From positions 124,001 to 188,000 of the IMG/VR virus record IMGVR_UViG_3300036715_000626: a stretch of 64,000 bases of DNA; one strand, given 5' to 3'. Below the pieces are notes generated by a model. It was not told the origin of the DNA. It saw only the letters and a list, made by a program, of their open reading frames with translations, and made no database searches. Made by a program: the position numbers and the translations under genes. This document shows positions 20,685-30,700 of this stretch, one piece after another (within the stretch, counting starts at the first letter, position 1; each line of letters opens with the position of its first letter).

Positions 20685-21320
20685 TTACGATCGAATAAAA
20701 GATTTAAAAAGATCTGTTTGATAAACAGTCTCTTCCCCGAAGGCATTAAACACACAATCCATTAACTTGTTTAAAAAATAAACTTTAAAGGCATTACTGT
20801 TGTAAACCAAAAAGTTGGTAAACCCGCTATGAAGAATAACAAATACAGTATTATCAGTTACTTGGAACTCAAATACTTTTTTGTAGCTATCATCTTCACT
20901 CAGTATAATAGCATTAATATCAACGTCTCGGTTACTATAGAATGTTATAAAGTCATTAATACTGTAACTTGTATAAAGTTCTGCTGCGTAAGATAACTCA
21001 TCTGTGATATACATACCTAGACCTCTGTCACGCACAGAGTAGTCCGATTTACTAGGAAGGATGTGATCTCGTAACATTATATTAGCGAGTTTGAGATCAA
21101 TAAGATCCGTTTTTGAGACACGCTCTAAAAACATAGCGTTTAGTAATTTAACGTTTTCGCTATTACTAAGAGTGCTAGTTTCAACAGAAGTAATTTTATC
21201 CAGTTGTTCAAATGTGATGCCTACAGCAGGTAGGGTTTTTGCTAAATAATCAGGTATCATCGCAACACTAACTGGTTTAGTGTTTTTATATTGCATACCT
21301 TTAGTAACACTCTCGGTCAT
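20685..21320 (-). CDS. Structural protein (phiKZ gp119-like position)
   Basis: 211 aa between the capsid and helicase genes. Confidence 0.55.
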   Translation of the reverse strand: MTESVTKGMQYKNTKPVSVAMIPDYLAKTLPAVGITFEQLDKITSVETSTLSNSENVKLLNAMFLERVSKTDLIDLKLANIMLRDHILPSKSDYSVRDRGLGMYITDELSYAAELYTSYSINDFITFYSNRDVDINAIILSEDDSYKKVFEFQVTDNTVFVILHSGFTNFLVYNSNAFKVYFLNKLMDCVFNAFGEETVYQTDLFKSFIRS

Positions 21321-21398
21321 ATTGGCTCCTAAAACATAATTTCAATTAAAGTTTCTATTCTATGCTATTATATAGACAAGAACGAGCAAGGATACTTT

Positions 21399-22910
21399 AT
21401 GAATAAACTCGATATACTATTAAAATGTATTATGTTGTTATTCCGAGAACGAGAATTAGAGAACAGCAGTGATGACTCACGTGACCTTGTGAAGACCATT
21501 TTAACAACATTTAAATATGTAAGAGGTAAATCAGTTATTGGCGGAGAGACTACTTTATTAGAAGACTTGAAGCATTTCATCACGGATATGATTAACAATC
21601 CTGATGGACATGATAAAATAACCATTCTTCAATCTTTAGAGATTATACTTAAAGATAAAGAAGCGGTCTTTAAAACATTAGAGAAATCTATATCGCCAGA
21701 TATGTCAGTAGCAAGTATTAAACGTAATGTGGTAACACTCCGTAACACATTAAACAACTACTATACTGAGCACGAGATAACTAATCTTATAACAAGAGCT
21801 AACTATGCGTTAACAACCGGTAAGTTTGACGATGGTGAAAACGTTCGTGACTACACAGCTAAGTTGGTAAGTAACTTAGAAGCTCTTAATGTATTATCAG
21901 TAACTAAAGATCCTGGTATTGTGGATGAATTAGATATTTCTGATCATGAGAATATGTCTAAAGTACTTAAGAAAGCTAAGAACAATGCTTTGGGTGGTGG
22001 TAAGTTAATAACAGGTTGGAAAGAAATCAATGCCATGACACAAGGCGGTTTTAGAAGGGGAGAGTGTGTTGTAATTAACGCACTGCAGCACAAGTATAAG
22101 TCTGGATTTACACAGAGTTTATTTATGCAGCTTGCTTCTAGAAACGTTCCTATTATGGATGACGTTAGTAAGAAGCCACTTATTATTTATATTAGTTTTG
22201 AAGATGATACCGAAGTATATACTTCGTTTATGTATAAGTATCTTTACTATAATGAAAATAAAGTTATGCCTGATATGTCACTGGTTACTGAAGGTGACAT
22301 TGCTAAGTATATATCTGAACGTCTGTGTAAGACTGGTTACCACGTTAAGATTATGCGTGTTAATCCGTCCGAGTGGACTATTAAGCATATGTTTAATAAG
22401 ATTATTAAATACGAAGCAGAGGGTTATGAGATACATGCAGTGTTAGCAGACTATCTTGCTAAATTACCTACTATTGGTTGTACTAATACAGGTCCTGGTG
22501 GAACTGAAGTTAGGGATTTGTTTAACAGATCTCGTAACTTCTTTGGTAGTAGACGTATTTTGTTTATAACACCACACCAAATGAGCACGGAAGCTAAACA
22601 GCTTATTCGTAACGGGGTACCTGATGCTAACTTCGTTAAAGAAGTAGCTGGTAAAGGTTATACGGAGTTATCTAAACAGATCGACCAAGTAGTTGACTTA
22701 GAATTATACATACACATTGCAAGTATTAACCGGAAACCACATCTTACGATATTCCGTGGTAAGCATCGTGTGGATAGTATTCTGGATGAAGATAAGTTCT
22801 ATGCTGTATTACCATTCCCTTACAAAGCTCCTATTCTTGAGAATCTTGACGAACCTGATACGGGAGATATTCTTAGTGAAAAGGGTCTTAGTGATGATAT
22901 GGATTTCTAA
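21399..22910 (+). CDS. dnaB: Replicative DnaB-like helicase (phiKZ gp118-like)
   Basis: TGWKEINAMTQGGFRRGE, Walker A ALQHKYKS, YISFED, Walker B LADYL, TPHQMS and RGKHR. Confidence 0.9.
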   Translation: MNKLDILLKCIMLLFRERELENSSDDSRDLVKTILTTFKYVRGKSVIGGETTLLEDLKHFITDMINNPDGHDKITILQSLEIILKDKEAVFKTLEKSISPDMSVASIKRNVVTLRNTLNNYYTEHEITNLITRANYALTTGKFDDGENVRDYTAKLVSNLEALNVLSVTKDPGIVDELDISDHENMSKVLKKAKNNALGGGKLITGWKEINAMTQGGFRRGECVVINALQHKYKSGFTQSLFMQLASRNVPIMDDVSKKPLIIYISFEDDTEVYTSFMYKYLYYNENKVMPDMSLVTEGDIAKYISERLCKTGYHVKIMRVNPSEWTIKHMFNKIIKYEAEGYEIHAVLADYLAKLPTIGCTNTGPGGTEVRDLFNRSRNFFGSRRILFITPHQMSTEAKQLIRNGVPDANFVKEVAGKGYTELSKQIDQVVDLELYIHIASINRKPHLTIFRGKHRVDSILDEDKFYAVLPFPYKAPILENLDEPDTGDILSEKGLSDDMDF

Positions 22911-22919
22911 AGGAGTTGT

Positions 22920-23093
22920 ATGTTAGTAGAATTGTATAAGATACTTATGGTTATCACTATTGTAAGTTTTCTTGCAGTAGGTCTTGTTAAAGATGAAGGC
23001 GGTATGCTAGGTGGGTTAAATCAGTTTATATGGTTTATCATATGGTTAATCCTTAACCTAGTTATGTGGTTGTTATACTTTGCTTTAAAATAA
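22920..23093 (+). CDS. 57-aa membrane protein with two hydrophobic segments (not in ORF track)
   Basis: Manual translation MLVELYKILMVITIVSFLAVGLVKDEGGMLGGLNQFIWFIIWLILNLVMWLLYFALK; AGGAG SD. Confidence 0.7.
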   Translation: MLVELYKILMVITIVSFLAVGLVKDEGGMLGGLNQFIWFIIWLILNLVMWLLYFALK

Positions 23094-23103
23094 AAAAAAT
23101 AAT

Positions 23104-23132
23104 ACACTAGACAGTCATTGACTGTCTAGTGT
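23104..23132. terminator. Palindrome (14-bp arms, 1-nt spacer)
   Basis: ACACTAGACAGTCA-T-TGACTGTCTAGTGT between convergent genes. Confidence 0.75.
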
Positions 23133-23138
23133 TGTACT

Positions 23139-23954
23139 TTAACTATCGAAGATAGTTTGGCATAATGTTTTTAACAAGATACTACCAACAGTCATAATAT
23201 CATCCTGAAGTTCTTCTGGTACGTTAAACATAAGACGTAGTATACCAAGATCAATATTAACACCATCGTTACCCTGAATTTCATATTTAATAACATTACG
23301 ATTAACCGTGTTTAGCATATTATTGTAAACAGTGGCTGCGTCAATAAGTCGGCCTATCGTTTTATCTTCGATATTAGTGATCAGACATTTAGTCAAAATT
23401 GATTTTTCATAATCAGTACATGATGTAAGTATGCTGTCCGTTAAGTAACTTGATCCGGCAATCAGTATTAAATACTTAGGTGGTTTTTCTCTGTAGGTAA
23501 CGCAGACATCTTCCATCACTTGTTCTGTAGTCTGTTTACCAGCGGACATAAGATATTCTCCGTCGATACTTCGACTAAGTTTGTCAATATACTTTTCAAA
23601 CTCTAGTTTACAACTTAATGGTAACAGAGTTCTTCCAAAACGATTACCCATTCGGTCTAGTGAGGTATCACGCATTACCCCAAGACAATTATACATAACA
23701 CGATAGCCAGAACCAGTACTAAGATTAGCTTCGTGAACTTGGTCTTGGTTAAGCATTGTTGTGAACTCAACAAGAATGTATGTTTCATCTGTTCCTGGAT
23801 AAACCTGATAGGTCCCGTGTGCCACAACCAAACCAACACCGCGTAATATATCGTAAACTTTTGCGTCATGCGCTAACCACAATGGTATTATTTTTTCTTC
23901 ATGCATAGTATTTATTCCTTTTTTAATCTTTATCATCAGTAGGAACTTTGCCAT
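23139..23954 (-). CDS. Hypothetical protein
   Basis: 271-aa ORF; the true start is probably the internal MHEEK at 23903. Confidence 0.65.
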   Translation of the reverse strand: MAKFLLMIKIKKGINTMHEEKIIPLWLAHDAKVYDILRGVGLVVAHGTYQVYPGTDETYILVEFTTMLNQDQVHEANLSTGSGYRVMYNCLGVMRDTSLDRMGNRFGRTLLPLSCKLEFEKYIDKLSRSIDGEYLMSAGKQTTEQVMEDVCVTYREKPPKYLILIAGSSYLTDSILTSCTDYEKSILTKCLITNIEDKTIGRLIDAATVYNNMLNTVNRNVIKYEIQGNDGVNIDLGILRLMFNVPEELQDDIMTVGSILLKTLCQTIFDS

Positions 23955-24252
23955 AAAGTTCTGTACATTTCCATACTTCAGGTTTTATAGTAGATGTACC
24001 GAATACAATGCTACCATCATTCTTAAGACCGATAACGATCTTTTCTTTAAATCCGTTTACTCCTGTAAACAGATTTAGTTTACGGTCGTAAGTTAAATCA
24101 ATATCATCACCGATGATGTGATTTTTGTCTTTAAGGTATATATATACCTCACCTTTGTTATCCGGACTCACACAGCTATAGTGTGAGTGTGTTTTTAAAG
24201 GACTCGCTGTTAACAACGAGAACGTGATCAGCAAGATAGCCGCAACTTTCAT
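23923..24252 (-). CDS. Small exported protein
   Basis: Signal-peptide-like MKVAAILLITFSLLTAS; GAGGAG SD; TATATTAT upstream. Confidence 0.7.
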   Translation of the reverse strand: MKVAAILLITFSLLTASPLKTHSHYSCVSPDNKGEVYIYLKDKNHIIGDDIDLTYDRKLNLFTGVNGFKEKIVIGLKNDGSIVFGTSTIKPEVWKCTELYGKVPTDDKD

Positions 24253-24283
24253 ATGAACTCCTCTCTTATTTGGATCTACTTAT

Positions 24284-24291
24284 ATAATATA
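24284..24291 (-). promoter_or_regulatory. Putative early promoter TATATTAT
   Basis: About 32 nt upstream of ATG 24252. Confidence 0.55.
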
Positions 24292-24351
24292 AGGGTGTAA
24301 AAAAATAAGAATGTCTAATAAACTTTCTTGATAATAATATAAAGGACTACT

Positions 24352-24873
24352 ATGCCATACGTAAACTTACGTTTGTCTACTAATTTTACATTAGACGAAC
24401 TTACTGATTCTGCTAACCATCCCGATCTTGTACCTGGTAACAGAGCAGAAATTGCTTCTAAACCAGAGCTAATTAAAAACATAACTGATCTAGCAGTACA
24501 TGTATTACAACCACTTCATGATGCGTTATCAAAACATTTTGGTAAAACGGTATCGGTGTTCGTATCGTCTGGATACCGTGGAACCGTTTTAAATGTAAAA
24601 GTAGGTGGAAGTCCTACTGGAGCACACCCGCGTGGTCACGGAGCTGATATTAATGTACATGAGTTTAGTGTCGATGATTTGTTTCAGTTTATTAAAGATA
24701 ACTTGAATATCTTTAATGGTTGGTTAGATAAATGTATCATCGAGAAAGTTGGTGATAAAGAATGGATACATATTTCTGCAGATATTCCAGAGAATGCTCG
24801 ATGTGAGTTCTATACCACTAATGATGGTAAGAAATATGACCTAGTGTATAAAGGTCTTGTCGCTAAGAAATAA
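24352..24873 (+). CDS. Peptidase M15 family peptidoglycan peptidase
   Basis: SSGYR..LN..VGGS..GAH...HGADI and WIHIS give the His-Asp-His zinc ligands. Confidence 0.9.
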   Translation: MPYVNLRLSTNFTLDELTDSANHPDLVPGNRAEIASKPELIKNITDLAVHVLQPLHDALSKHFGKTVSVFVSSGYRGTVLNVKVGGSPTGAHPRGHGADINVHEFSVDDLFQFIKDNLNIFNGWLDKCIIEKVGDKEWIHISADIPENARCEFYTTNDGKKYDLVYKGLVAKK

Positions 24874-24904
24874 GATACAGTACTCCATATGGAGTACTGT
24901 ATCT
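24873..24904. terminator. Perfect 32-bp palindrome
   Basis: AGATACAGTACTCCATATGGAGTACTGTATCT between convergent genes. Confidence 0.75.
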
Positions 24905-24905
24905 A

Positions 24906-25352
24906 TTATTTTTCGTTAAATGTGTATTGTAACAATTTCAATAAGTCTTCCGGAGAGAACTTATTGGGAACATAATATCCATGTATTACTTCAGCCTTTA
25001 ATAAGGCAGCTAATACAAACTCACTGCAGAACCATTTAGAAGTACTTTGGTGTCCGGCATTAATAATCTGCGATAAGAAGATACCAGACCAATCATAATC
25101 ACAACCAAGTTCATCCTCACAGTATTCTAGTATGTTCTCTAATTCTTCATCAGTAACTGATATAGGAAATAACTCGTAATCAGTTATTACAATATCAACT
25201 GTCTTACGTGTTCCTTTAAATGGAACCGCACCATACATAATTCCTTCTATCAAGAACTCTACGTGAGAAGTAGTTCCTTTAGTCCAGAATCTAATAAGTG
25301 TATCTAATAGATTACCTTTAGCAGTATAGAATGCTATATGGATAGTTCGCAT
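24906..25352 (-). CDS. Permuted papain-like NlpC/P60 (YiiX/YaeF-like) amidase
   Basis: His (SHVEF) precedes YDW and the catalytic Cys (KWFCSEFV). Confidence 0.8.
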   Translation of the reverse strand: MRTIHIAFYTAKGNLLDTLIRFWTKGTTSHVEFLIEGIMYGAVPFKGTRKTVDIVITDYELFPISVTDEELENILEYCEDELGCDYDWSGIFLSQIINAGHQSTSKWFCSEFVLAALLKAEVIHGYYVPNKFSPEDLLKLLQYTFNEK

Positions 25353-25353
25353 A

Positions 25354-25926
25354 TTAAGCTCTTTGTGCTCTGGTTATCCAGCCATCTAAGAATTCTGCTT
25401 GAGAGGGGTCGTTGATAACTATCTTTTTAACAAAAGATACTCTTGATTTTCTAAGATCGTTAAGGAGACCTACTTGATCAGGATACGCGTTTATTTTCTT
25501 AACTGTGTTAGGACCAATATCACCGTCTACTACAGAGCCTACAAGAATCTGGATAGCTTTAGCTGGATAGCCTTCACCCGAGTTTACTTCCCAATCATAA
25601 AGGGTGTTAGCTATGTCTTGAGATACAATAAGATCGCCACAGATGGTATCCCAGAAGTTAACTTTATAAAAAGCTGTTACTAATTCATCTAGTCTAGGAA
25701 TTTTAGCTAGATAGGTATCAATAATTTTCCAGTTATCTTTGGCATGTAGGTCTTGTGGGAAACCAGGTAAAGTTTTAGCTCCGTCTATGAGTACCCAGCC
25801 AGACCATTTAGGCCAGTTAACTCTAGATATACCATCGTAGGTTTCTTTACCTTTATCATTAGGGTTATTAGAATACCCACCTTCATTACCACCTGTTTTC
25901 TTTTTAGCTATTACAAATTCCGCCAT
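25354..25926 (-). CDS. GH108 lysozyme with C-terminal PG-binding domain
   Basis: EGGYSNNPNDKGKETYDGI catalytic motif; C-terminal FLDGWITRA. Confidence 0.9.
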   Translation of the reverse strand: MAEFVIAKKKTGGNEGGYSNNPNDKGKETYDGISRVNWPKWSGWVLIDGAKTLPGFPQDLHAKDNWKIIDTYLAKIPRLDELVTAFYKVNFWDTICGDLIVSQDIANTLYDWEVNSGEGYPAKAIQILVGSVVDGDIGPNTVKKINAYPDQVGLLNDLRKSRVSFVKKIVINDPSQAEFLDGWITRAQRA

Positions 25927-25945
25927 TTTAGTTCCTTTAAATAAA

Positions 25946-25977
25946 TAAGTAACGTAGTCAAATGACTACGTTACTTA
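25946..25977. terminator. Palindrome (15-bp arms, 2-nt spacer)
   Basis: TAAGTAACGTAGTCA-AA-TGACTACGTTACTTA after the tail-fibre operon. Confidence 0.7.
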
Positions 25978-25983
25978 GAAAAG

Positions 25984-26148
25984 TTATCACGCCATTGCAG
26001 TCGTTGAGAATATAGTTTTAACAGTTACGTCAGGTTTGACATAACCTGCTCCCAATTTAGTAAGTTTGTAAGTTAATACGCTTGTTGTTGTGCTATATCC
26101 AACTAAGAACATATCAATTTGAGCAGGGTCATTAGCCGCAACACTTGT
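25984..26148 (-). pseudogene. In-frame orphan tail-fibre-like C-terminus directly after the TAA of 26149-27744
   Basis: 53 sense codons TSVAANDPAQIDMFLVGYSTTTSVLTYKLTKLGAGYVKPDVTVKTIFSTTAMA, then TGA TAA; no SD-backed start. Confidence 0.55.
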
Positions 26149-27744
26149 TTATAAGCTATAGCCAAAAGCTTTAGTTTCTATATGGCATACCCAAGTAGTA
26201 TATCGGTTAAGATTATTCACCTGAAGATTCCCAGATGAAATTTGAATACTTGGGGTTACCCCATTCATTCCAAAGTCAGAAACTAAAGTAGTCATATCAA
26301 TTGTAGCTAAATCACCACGAACTAAAAATTTTAATTCGGAATAATGTGTAACTGTTGAACTTTCCCGTCCTATAAGAACCAATCTTATAAGTTGCGGAAC
26401 CGCTGAAAAGACATTCATAGGAGTTAGTGTGTTCCACGATGTCGAATAGTCAGATGTCGAATAATCCCCCAATCCTATCCATGTAATGAAATCTTTAGCA
26501 GTAGTATTCGCACCTAGAACGAGACCGCCTTTGGCTGTTATTTTTGCATCAGACGTAATACCCACGTTGGTAGAAAGACCATTTGATCTATCAAATACAC
26601 TATACGATGCGCCAGAAGCAAAGGTTATTCCATTTATATAAGTATTGGTAAATAGTTTCTCACAACTTATAGCTGTGAATGAACTGTTACCAGTCATTGT
26701 GTTATTAAATATTCCAGTAAAATTGGCATCAAAAAATACGCCATTTAAGTTTATGAAACCTTGAGTAAGACTAACACTGCTATTTATTAAACTAGTAGGC
26801 GTTGTCGAATTTCCATAATAAAATCCACCATTAATATTTAGACATAATGTAGGTGATGCGTTCAATATAATAGTTCCGGCATGGTCCTCGCTATAAGCAG
26901 AATTAATATTAATAGCCCCTGCTAAACTCCCAAACTGGTAATCAGCTGTAGTGGATCCTTCTATAATTGATTTGCTTATTGTTACGTTTTTAGAATTTAC
27001 GTAAAGATTTACTACATTACTTTCAATTCTAGAATTAGATATATCTGAAGCTTGAATAGCACCATTAGGGTCATAAATACCATAATTATTTCTACGTATA
27101 TCCAATTTACTTAATCTACAACCAAGAGACTCATATCCACCAATAGCACCATCAAAAGCTATAGGTTTGTCTAGACCATATGCGGAAATATTGAAAAGCT
27201 CTACACCAACTGCTTTCCTGATAAATATTCCTCCAGAACCCGCAACTTTTGAATTTGTTGCATCATTACAATAAAATCCATTAATCTTAGGATTAACGAC
27301 TATGTTAGTGACTAAAGCGCCCCCAGTTGTTTGCCCGATAGTAATGATTGGATAAGTTGTGGGCGTAAATGAACCAACACAAATCACTTCTTGGTAGTTT
27401 AAAGTCATGCATAAAGTTGCAGACGGAACATACAAATCGCCGTCGAGAATTACATATTTATTATAATTTATAGCAGATTGATAAGCGGCGGTCGTTGTTC
27501 CGAACCAGTTAGCATAGATATACTTGTCACATTCACGAACAAAATAAGTCGAACTTATACCCGCAAATGTAATTCCGTTGTCAATGCTTCCGCTTCCAAC
27601 ACGGTTAAATATACCGCCTTGTATAACATCTTTAACATATACAGTTGCTATAGTTAACGGGACTGTTAATAAATCTGTAACTAGAGCTACTGTGTATGTG
27701 TGGTTTCCAACTCCCGAAGGAGTTTTGAATTCTTGTATAGGCAT
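26149..27744 (-). CDS. Tailspike/tail fibre with beta-helix (pectin-lyase-like) region
   Basis: N-terminal module shared with the two upstream tail genes; WFG...AAYQSAIN followed by N/I/S-rich beta-helix repeats. Confidence 0.8.
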   Translation of the reverse strand: MPIQEFKTPSGVGNHTYTVALVTDLLTVPLTIATVYVKDVIQGGIFNRVGSGSIDNGITFAGISSTYFVRECDKYIYANWFGTTTAAYQSAINYNKYVILDGDLYVPSATLCMTLNYQEVICVGSFTPTTYPIITIGQTTGGALVTNIVVNPKINGFYCNDATNSKVAGSGGIFIRKAVGVELFNISAYGLDKPIAFDGAIGGYESLGCRLSKLDIRRNNYGIYDPNGAIQASDISNSRIESNVVNLYVNSKNVTISKSIIEGSTTADYQFGSLAGAININSAYSEDHAGTIILNASPTLCLNINGGFYYGNSTTPTSLINSSVSLTQGFINLNGVFFDANFTGIFNNTMTGNSSFTAISCEKLFTNTYINGITFASGASYSVFDRSNGLSTNVGITSDAKITAKGGLVLGANTTAKDFITWIGLGDYSTSDYSTSWNTLTPMNVFSAVPQLIRLVLIGRESSTVTHYSELKFLVRGDLATIDMTTLVSDFGMNGVTPSIQISSGNLQVNNLNRYTTWVCHIETKAFGYSL

Positions 27745-27758
27745 AAATGTTCCTTTGG

Positions 27759-30700
27759 TTAAACGCGCAACGCGTTCATAGAGTATTTATAATAAGTATT
27801 AGCTGCGCTAGCACTCGTTACACGAAGTCTCATATATCCACCAGATATATCTACGGTATAGGTACATAACGCAGTACCTATCAGTATTTCATTACTAGGA
27901 ACATATGTAACCGTCGCTCCATTATGAATAGCTTTGATATTTATACTGTAATAATTACCAGAATCATCACTAACTTGTAATTCAACAAACATAGTTCTGT
28001 GCGACGTAATCGCTACTTGAACTAAGGTAGTTTGCGTTACAGTCGCTAGCGTCATATCGTACTTAACGTCGCCTAGAATTTCCCAAGGCATCTGTGATGA
28101 AGCCCCAGAATTTAAAGAATTTCCTGCAGCCCATTTGGGCTTAAAAGTAATGCCTTTATTTACAGTACCTTTAGTGCATTGTATCAATGCTGTGAACGGC
28201 GTAGCGTCCACTTGCATTGTAACATCACGAGTTAATACCCACGGAATTTTAGTAGTACCTACTTGAGTCATCATGTATAGACCATTATATAGATCTTTAG
28301 AAGCCATTGCTAACCCACCAAGATTAATTTGGTTCTTAACTATAATACGTTCTTTATAAGCTGGGTTAAACCCATCGACTAGTAACGCAACAACTGATTG
28401 GTTAAACAAAGTTACTTCATTAGTTACTGTAGCTAATGAATTAGCAGACATCGTATACTGAGTAGCACTCTGAATACTTAAAATAGTAGTTCCTGAAGGG
28501 AACGAAGTGGTAGTAGTATTAACGCTAGCACCAACTTTTAAATCAGCAGTAGAAGCTACGGTAACTATAGGTGATCCTGACGACGTAGTTAACTTCTTAG
28601 GAATAGCTTGATCGAAAGAAGTATCAGCTGTTCCAGATGTTCGTACAAAAGAAATAGTTCCTTGTACAGTAGCAGTCGTGGCAATATTGTTACCGCCGTT
28701 CCATGTTACGGTTGTAGTGGTACAACCAGTTACAACAAACGTACCATTCATACTAGCTGGAGTTAATCCCGACACAGTAATAGAAGAATTTACCTTATAA
28801 GGTATGTAAGTTTGTGCTGCAAAAGTAGCTGTTACAACGCCAGTATTAGCAGCTCCCACAACACTTGTTGTGACTATGTCTGGTAATGGTGTCATTACAA
28901 ATGTAGTAGCGTTAGTAATAGACGCAATAGTACTACCAGCAGGTGCAAATAATGTAGCGAGCAATATAGGTGACCCAACTATGAATCCAGAAGTATCAGG
29001 AACCGTGACATTATAGTTACTAGTATTATGAGTACACGATACATAAAGAGAGCCTGAATACCCTTGTAAAGTACTAGCCGCACCAGCTAATCTAGAACTT
29101 GCTCCTAGATCATCAGTTGTTGCAAATACATCTTTAATAGTTTCATAGTTACCATCGAAGAACCTATAATCTGACCCATCGAACCATACTGGTTTATTAG
29201 GAACAGTCTTAGACATAAATTGATAACCGGCAAAAGGGCTAATTGAACGTCGATCATTGTTAGTAAACGAAAGATCATTAGCACCATAGCCTTCTGAAGT
29301 TCTCCAAAAGTCGTAAGGTATTTCAGTATCAGCATAAGTCCCACCCATTACCGATGATGACATTGAAGAATCACAGGCTGCGATTAAGTATGTTGGATTT
29401 CCTTTTGGTACACCCGCAGTTCCTGAATAACCAAAACTTCTACCAGTTACCTCAAAAAATCTTCTACCCTGAGCACCAGTCCTAACCGTTAGTAAACCAC
29501 CCGAATAGGAATCCCCATATATTGAAGATAAACGCATAGCTGTTCTAATTGTGCCATCGATGACGTATTCCCCTTCTAAAAGGTTATAAAAATCTCGATA
29601 CGTCATTATGCCATTTGTACCTGATGGTTTAATGTAATAATGTAAACCATCAAAAGCAACAATGCCTGTGGAATCAAGGGTTAGGATTAAATTTCTATTA
29701 TGTAAATCTTGTACACTAGATTTTTCTGCAGAAGTGTAATCTAAGTTAACTTTCTCAATCTCATAACTAGCCTGAGGATTGCCAATATCAATAGAAGGAA
29801 TTCCTAAACTATTACTTTGAAGACAATAGGCGTAGTTTTTATTTGAAACTGGCCCATTCCAATCCCAAGGTAAGCAGGACTCTAAATCTAAGGCTGAAGT
29901 ACCTACAACTTTAGCAAAGTACATAGTATACGTAGAAGATTGGTGAGAACAGTTCTGGACAATACCATTACACCCTTGTGGAATATTAGTCACAGCCCCA
30001 CCCGGATTTGTACATTCAGAAACGAATCCGAATAACACATCTTCCATCTGCCAATCATTCATAATAGAGGTTGTAATCCAAGGAGCAATCGTCAACCCAA
30101 TATAAATCCATTTTAAGCCATCGAAGTAGATATAGTAATTTTGTGTCCAAAAAGTATTTCCATCGATAGAGGAGTGACCAGCTGTTGTGATAAGATAGTA
30201 GTCTCCCATTGTACCAACACCAGACGTAATTGCAGGTGTATTGGTTTGAGCGTTCCAAGTTCCCTTATTAGTTCCATTTGCGATGCGAGAATCAATATCA
30301 GCATACAGCTGTTCAACTTTAAGATGACCACCTATGTACCATTCACCGTTTACACGGATATTATCAAAGCTGAATCCCCACGGGTCGAAACCTTTACCTG
30401 TAGAGTGTACTCTGACTGCAGAACCACCTGAAACACAGTTGTTAGTAAAGTTACTAAATATAGAAGTTGAAATACCAATATCCTCTGCATGTTGGTCACG
30501 ACCTCCAAACCAATGACTCCAAGGTAACCATAACGGTCTCCCATCATAATCCCCCCCAGCCAATGTGCTACCATCACCACGAGTGAATTCATTCCACTCA
30601 CTATTTATATACAATCCTGAACCGAAGAAGCGATCAACGTTTGAAATAGTTCTACCCATAATTGTAGCAGTGTATGCTGTCATAATGTTGGTTTGAACGG

